A stretch of DNA of 64,000 nucleotides from Vicinamibacterales bacterium (GTDB lineage: Bacteria; Acidobacteriota; Vicinamibacteria; Vicinamibacterales; UBA2999), in contig DASTZI010000221.1 of the NCBI GenBank assembly GCA_035764385.1, positions 482 to 64,481 of the forward strand, given 5' to 3'. This document shows, piece by piece, positions 62,359-64,000 of the stretch. Within the stretch, counting starts at the first letter, position 1. Each line of letters starts with the position of its first letter. The translations under genes and the position numbers were made by a program. The notes below the pieces were generated by a model. The model had not been told where the DNA came from. It searched no databases and saw nothing but the letters and a program-made list of their open reading frames with translations.

Positions 62359-63512
62359 TAATAGGACAAACGCTTCTGGATGCGCAGCGGCGTGTCGACG
62401 AGGATCTTCGCGATGCGTGCGCCCGCGCCGCCGTCGCCATACAGATGGCTCGACGGGTATCGGCCACGGGCAAGCTGCTTCTTGACCGCAGCGGCAATCT
62501 CCCGCCGGTCGTATCCGACGTCGCTCACGTTGTCCGCCCGATCCCGACCCTGCTGCCGGCTGCCGATATTGACGGTTGGAACACCGATGTACGCACCTTC
62601 GCGTACCGGCGCGGACGAATTCCCGACGGCGCACGCGCAGCTCAACATCAATTTGACGTAGGTCTCGATCGGGAAATTCTTGTAAAAGCGGATGTACTCA
62701 GGGCGATAGTGCTCCCTGAATTTCCGCATGCCGCGCGAGATGTCCTCGGACCCGGCGTCGGCATTGGGCCACAGCATGATCGTCGGCATCTGCAACTCGT
62801 GCAGCGCCATCAATGTCTCGACGATCTGGTCTTCGCCATGACCGTATTCGGTCGTAACCGGATGCTGACTGACGAGCAGGAAGGGTTTGTCGAGCGTGAT
62901 GTGCGCGCCGACGCCCTCGCGATCAAGCCAGTCAGGCGAGCCGAGGTGTCCATTGGCCCTCGCCATCTCGGCGACCAGGTCGATGCGCGGACACCCGACG
63001 ACATGAACAGTAGCTGGATCCTCCCCCATGCGGACAATGCGCTCGGCCGCGGCGGCATTCGCGGGGAAGTGCAGGTGCGACAGCTTCGTCACCGCGTGGC
63101 GGATGCTCTCGTCGATGGTGCCGCTGATTTCTCCGCCCATCGTGTGCGCCAGCGGAATGTTCATATAGGCCGCGGCAACCGCCGTCGCCATGGTCTCGAA
63201 ACGATCGCCGACGCTGACCACAACATCGGGCTTCAGCATGCCGAAGATTGTCGGCAGCTCGAGCAACCCCAGGCCGGTCGACTTCGCCATCGTGCCCGGT
63301 GTTTCTCCTTCGACGATCATCGTCACCTTTGCATCGGGGTGAAATCCGTCGGCTTCGATGACGTCCACAACCGAGCCGAAGCGATCCAGCAACGCCGATG
63401 CTCCGACGACAAGTTGCAGCTTCAAACCGGGCGTTGCCCGCACCGCGCACATGACCGACTTGATGCTGCTGTAGTTCGCGCGGGAGCCGACGACGATGCA
63501 GATCTTCCTCAT
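62358..63512 (-). CDS. UDP-N-acetylhexosamine 2-epimerase, hydrolysing (NeuC-type), paralogue 2
   Basis: MRKICIVVGSRANYSSI, DRFETMATAVAAAYMNIPLAHTMGGEISGTIDESIRHAVTKLSHLH, GNSSAPVREGAYIGVPTVNIGSRQ. Confidence 0.9.
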   Translation of the reverse strand: MRKICIVVGSRANYSSIKSVMCAVRATPGLKLQLVVGASALLDRFGSVVDVIEADGFHPDAKVTMIVEGETPGTMAKSTGLGLLELPTIFGMLKPDVVVSVGDRFETMATAVAAAYMNIPLAHTMGGEISGTIDESIRHAVTKLSHLHFPANAAAAERIVRMGEDPATVHVVGCPRIDLVAEMARANGHLGSPDWLDREGVGAHITLDKPFLLVSQHPVTTEYGHGEDQIVETLMALHELQMPTIMLWPNADAGSEDISRGMRKFREHYRPEYIRFYKNFPIETYVKLMLSCACAVGNSSAPVREGAYIGVPTVNIGSRQQGRDRADNVSDVGYDRREIAAAVKKQLARGRYPSSHLYGDGGAGARIAKILVDTPLRIQKRLSY

Positions 63513-64000
63513 CGGGTTCCCTGAGCATCGACGTTCTGCGCGCGCCGCGCTTCGGCACGGCGCAATGCCTTGAGACGTCGTGCTCCACGAAGCTTCTCGA
63601 CCGATGCGAGCTCGCGAGAGGAGAGCGTCCAGCGCTCGTATCGATCGTCATCGCGCATGCGTGCGGCGCGATGCGCAATCCAACGCCACATGGGGACCAA
63701 TGGACTGGAGCGCAGCACTGTTACCGTCAGGCCATTCATCGATTCGACCGCCTCGACGAACCGCTGGGCGGCTGAAACGTCGAGGCCGTGAGGCCGCACG
63801 AATTCGCGTACGAACGGCTTGATGAGCTGTTTGGGCTCGTTCAATGCGTGGTCGAGTTGTGGGATGTGTTCGTCGAAGCTGCGCGCCACCTCGAGCACGC
63901 CGCCTCCAGTGTTCAGCAGGTAAGTAAAGTGCACAGTGCCGGTCTGGTTATCGGCCGTTTCGGGAATCATCAGTGTGTGAACTGGACGACCCAGAATCGC
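63509..64000 (-). CDS. Family B uncharacterised putative GT-B transferase, paralogue B4, C-terminal part only (5' end beyond the right edge)
   Basis: The frame is open to the window edge. Own translation gives AILGRPVHTLMIPETADNQTGTVHFTYLLNTGGGVLEVARSFDEH, which aligns with B1 (AAVVGKPVHTVLDEHISRHNQEGTIHFHYLLDVNGGLLRVARTLDEH). Basic tail RRLKALRRAEARR. Confidence 0.8.
   Translation of the reverse strand, partial: AILGRPVHTLMIPETADNQTGTVHFTYLLNTGGGVLEVARSFDEHIPQLDHALNEPKQLIKPFVREFVRPHGLDVSAAQRFVEAVESMNGLTVTVLRSSPLVPMWRWIAHRAARMRDDDRYERWTLSSRELASVEKLRGARRLKALRRAEARRAQNVDAQGTR

Noticed and set aside
8480-62634. Long N-terminal extensions of track ORFs (e.g. 8480..10489, 10165..11205, 30355..32052, 32725..33993, 36987..38195, 37991..39568, 39235..40170, 42518..43693, 47014..47802, 49557..50723, 56366..58291, 61654..62634)
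   Set aside because: The extensions are Arg/Pro-rich, overlap the upstream gene by hundreds of nt and precede the conserved family N-termini. Internal ATG/GTG starts that form ATGA/GTGA overlaps with the upstream stop were used instead.
13957-63524. Many long antisense or alternative-frame ORFs in the track (e.g. 13957..15120, 16125..16883, 24204..25265, 37041..38036, 39654..41036, 43809..44720, 50600..51691, 55161..56762, 62445..63524)
   Set aside because: These are typical high-GC shadow ORFs: Arg/Ala/Pro/Gly-rich, with no domain signatures. Each lies opposite a gene that has clear family motifs and operon-consistent start/stop coupling.
1-64000. Scan for rRNA, tRNA, CRISPR arrays, transposases, integrases, phage or toxin-antitoxin genes
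   Set aside because: None seen. The intergenic regions are too short or lack the relevant features (no GTTCGAATC-type T-arms, no spaced direct repeats beyond the 7-9-mer arrays, no recombinase motifs in any long ORF).

Overview
GC-rich bacterial chromosomal segment (about two-thirds G+C by eye). I saw no rRNA, tRNA, CRISPR array, transposase or integrase. The left 20 kb is mostly housekeeping or accessory. It holds a truncated acyl-CoA dehydrogenase, a protein with two degenerate diadenylate-cyclase-like domains, and an acyl-AMP ligase/carrier/PlsC fusion. It also holds infA, a DEAD-box helicase, a TPR protein, glk, a transglutaminase-like/ABC ATPase/permease operon, a lipoprotein, thiS-thiG, a methyltransferase and three nucleotide-sugar genes (WbpA-like dehydrogenase, gmd, RmlD-like reductase). 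From 20273 to the right edge (>=43.7 kb) there are 40 consecutive minus-strand genes with almost no intergenic space and many 4-nt ATGA/GTGA stop-start overlaps, forming one very large glycan-assembly array. It encodes three CMP-nonulosonic-acid (NulO) synthetase paralogues, two NeuB-type synthases (one resembling the animal/Bacteroides sugar-phosphate type) and two hydrolysing NeuC-type 2-epimerases. It also encodes a WbpB/WbpE/WbpD-like diacetamido-uronic-acid module, an ArnC-like lipid-linked amino-sugar module, a WecA-like initiating transferase fusion and GT2/GT4 enzymes. Embedded in it are a transketolase/ALDH/SDR/HAD set, a TagD-like cytidylyltransferase, four methyltransferases and a TM-ankyrin protein. 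The most striking content is two expanded families that I cannot assign to a named glycosyltransferase family. Family A (signature GPWLSEVGFExLYWVPFLRW ... LHPSxMY ... FVGTCGSxAWLAPMLG) occurs 5 times. Family B (signature SWDHLSSKA ... RPHP ... VVGLNTSAFLEA) occurs 4 times plus a distant relative, and one gene fuses B to A. Short heptanucleotide tandem repeats recur at gene junctions and once inside a coding region. Functions are inferred by eye from translated motifs only; no database search was possible.
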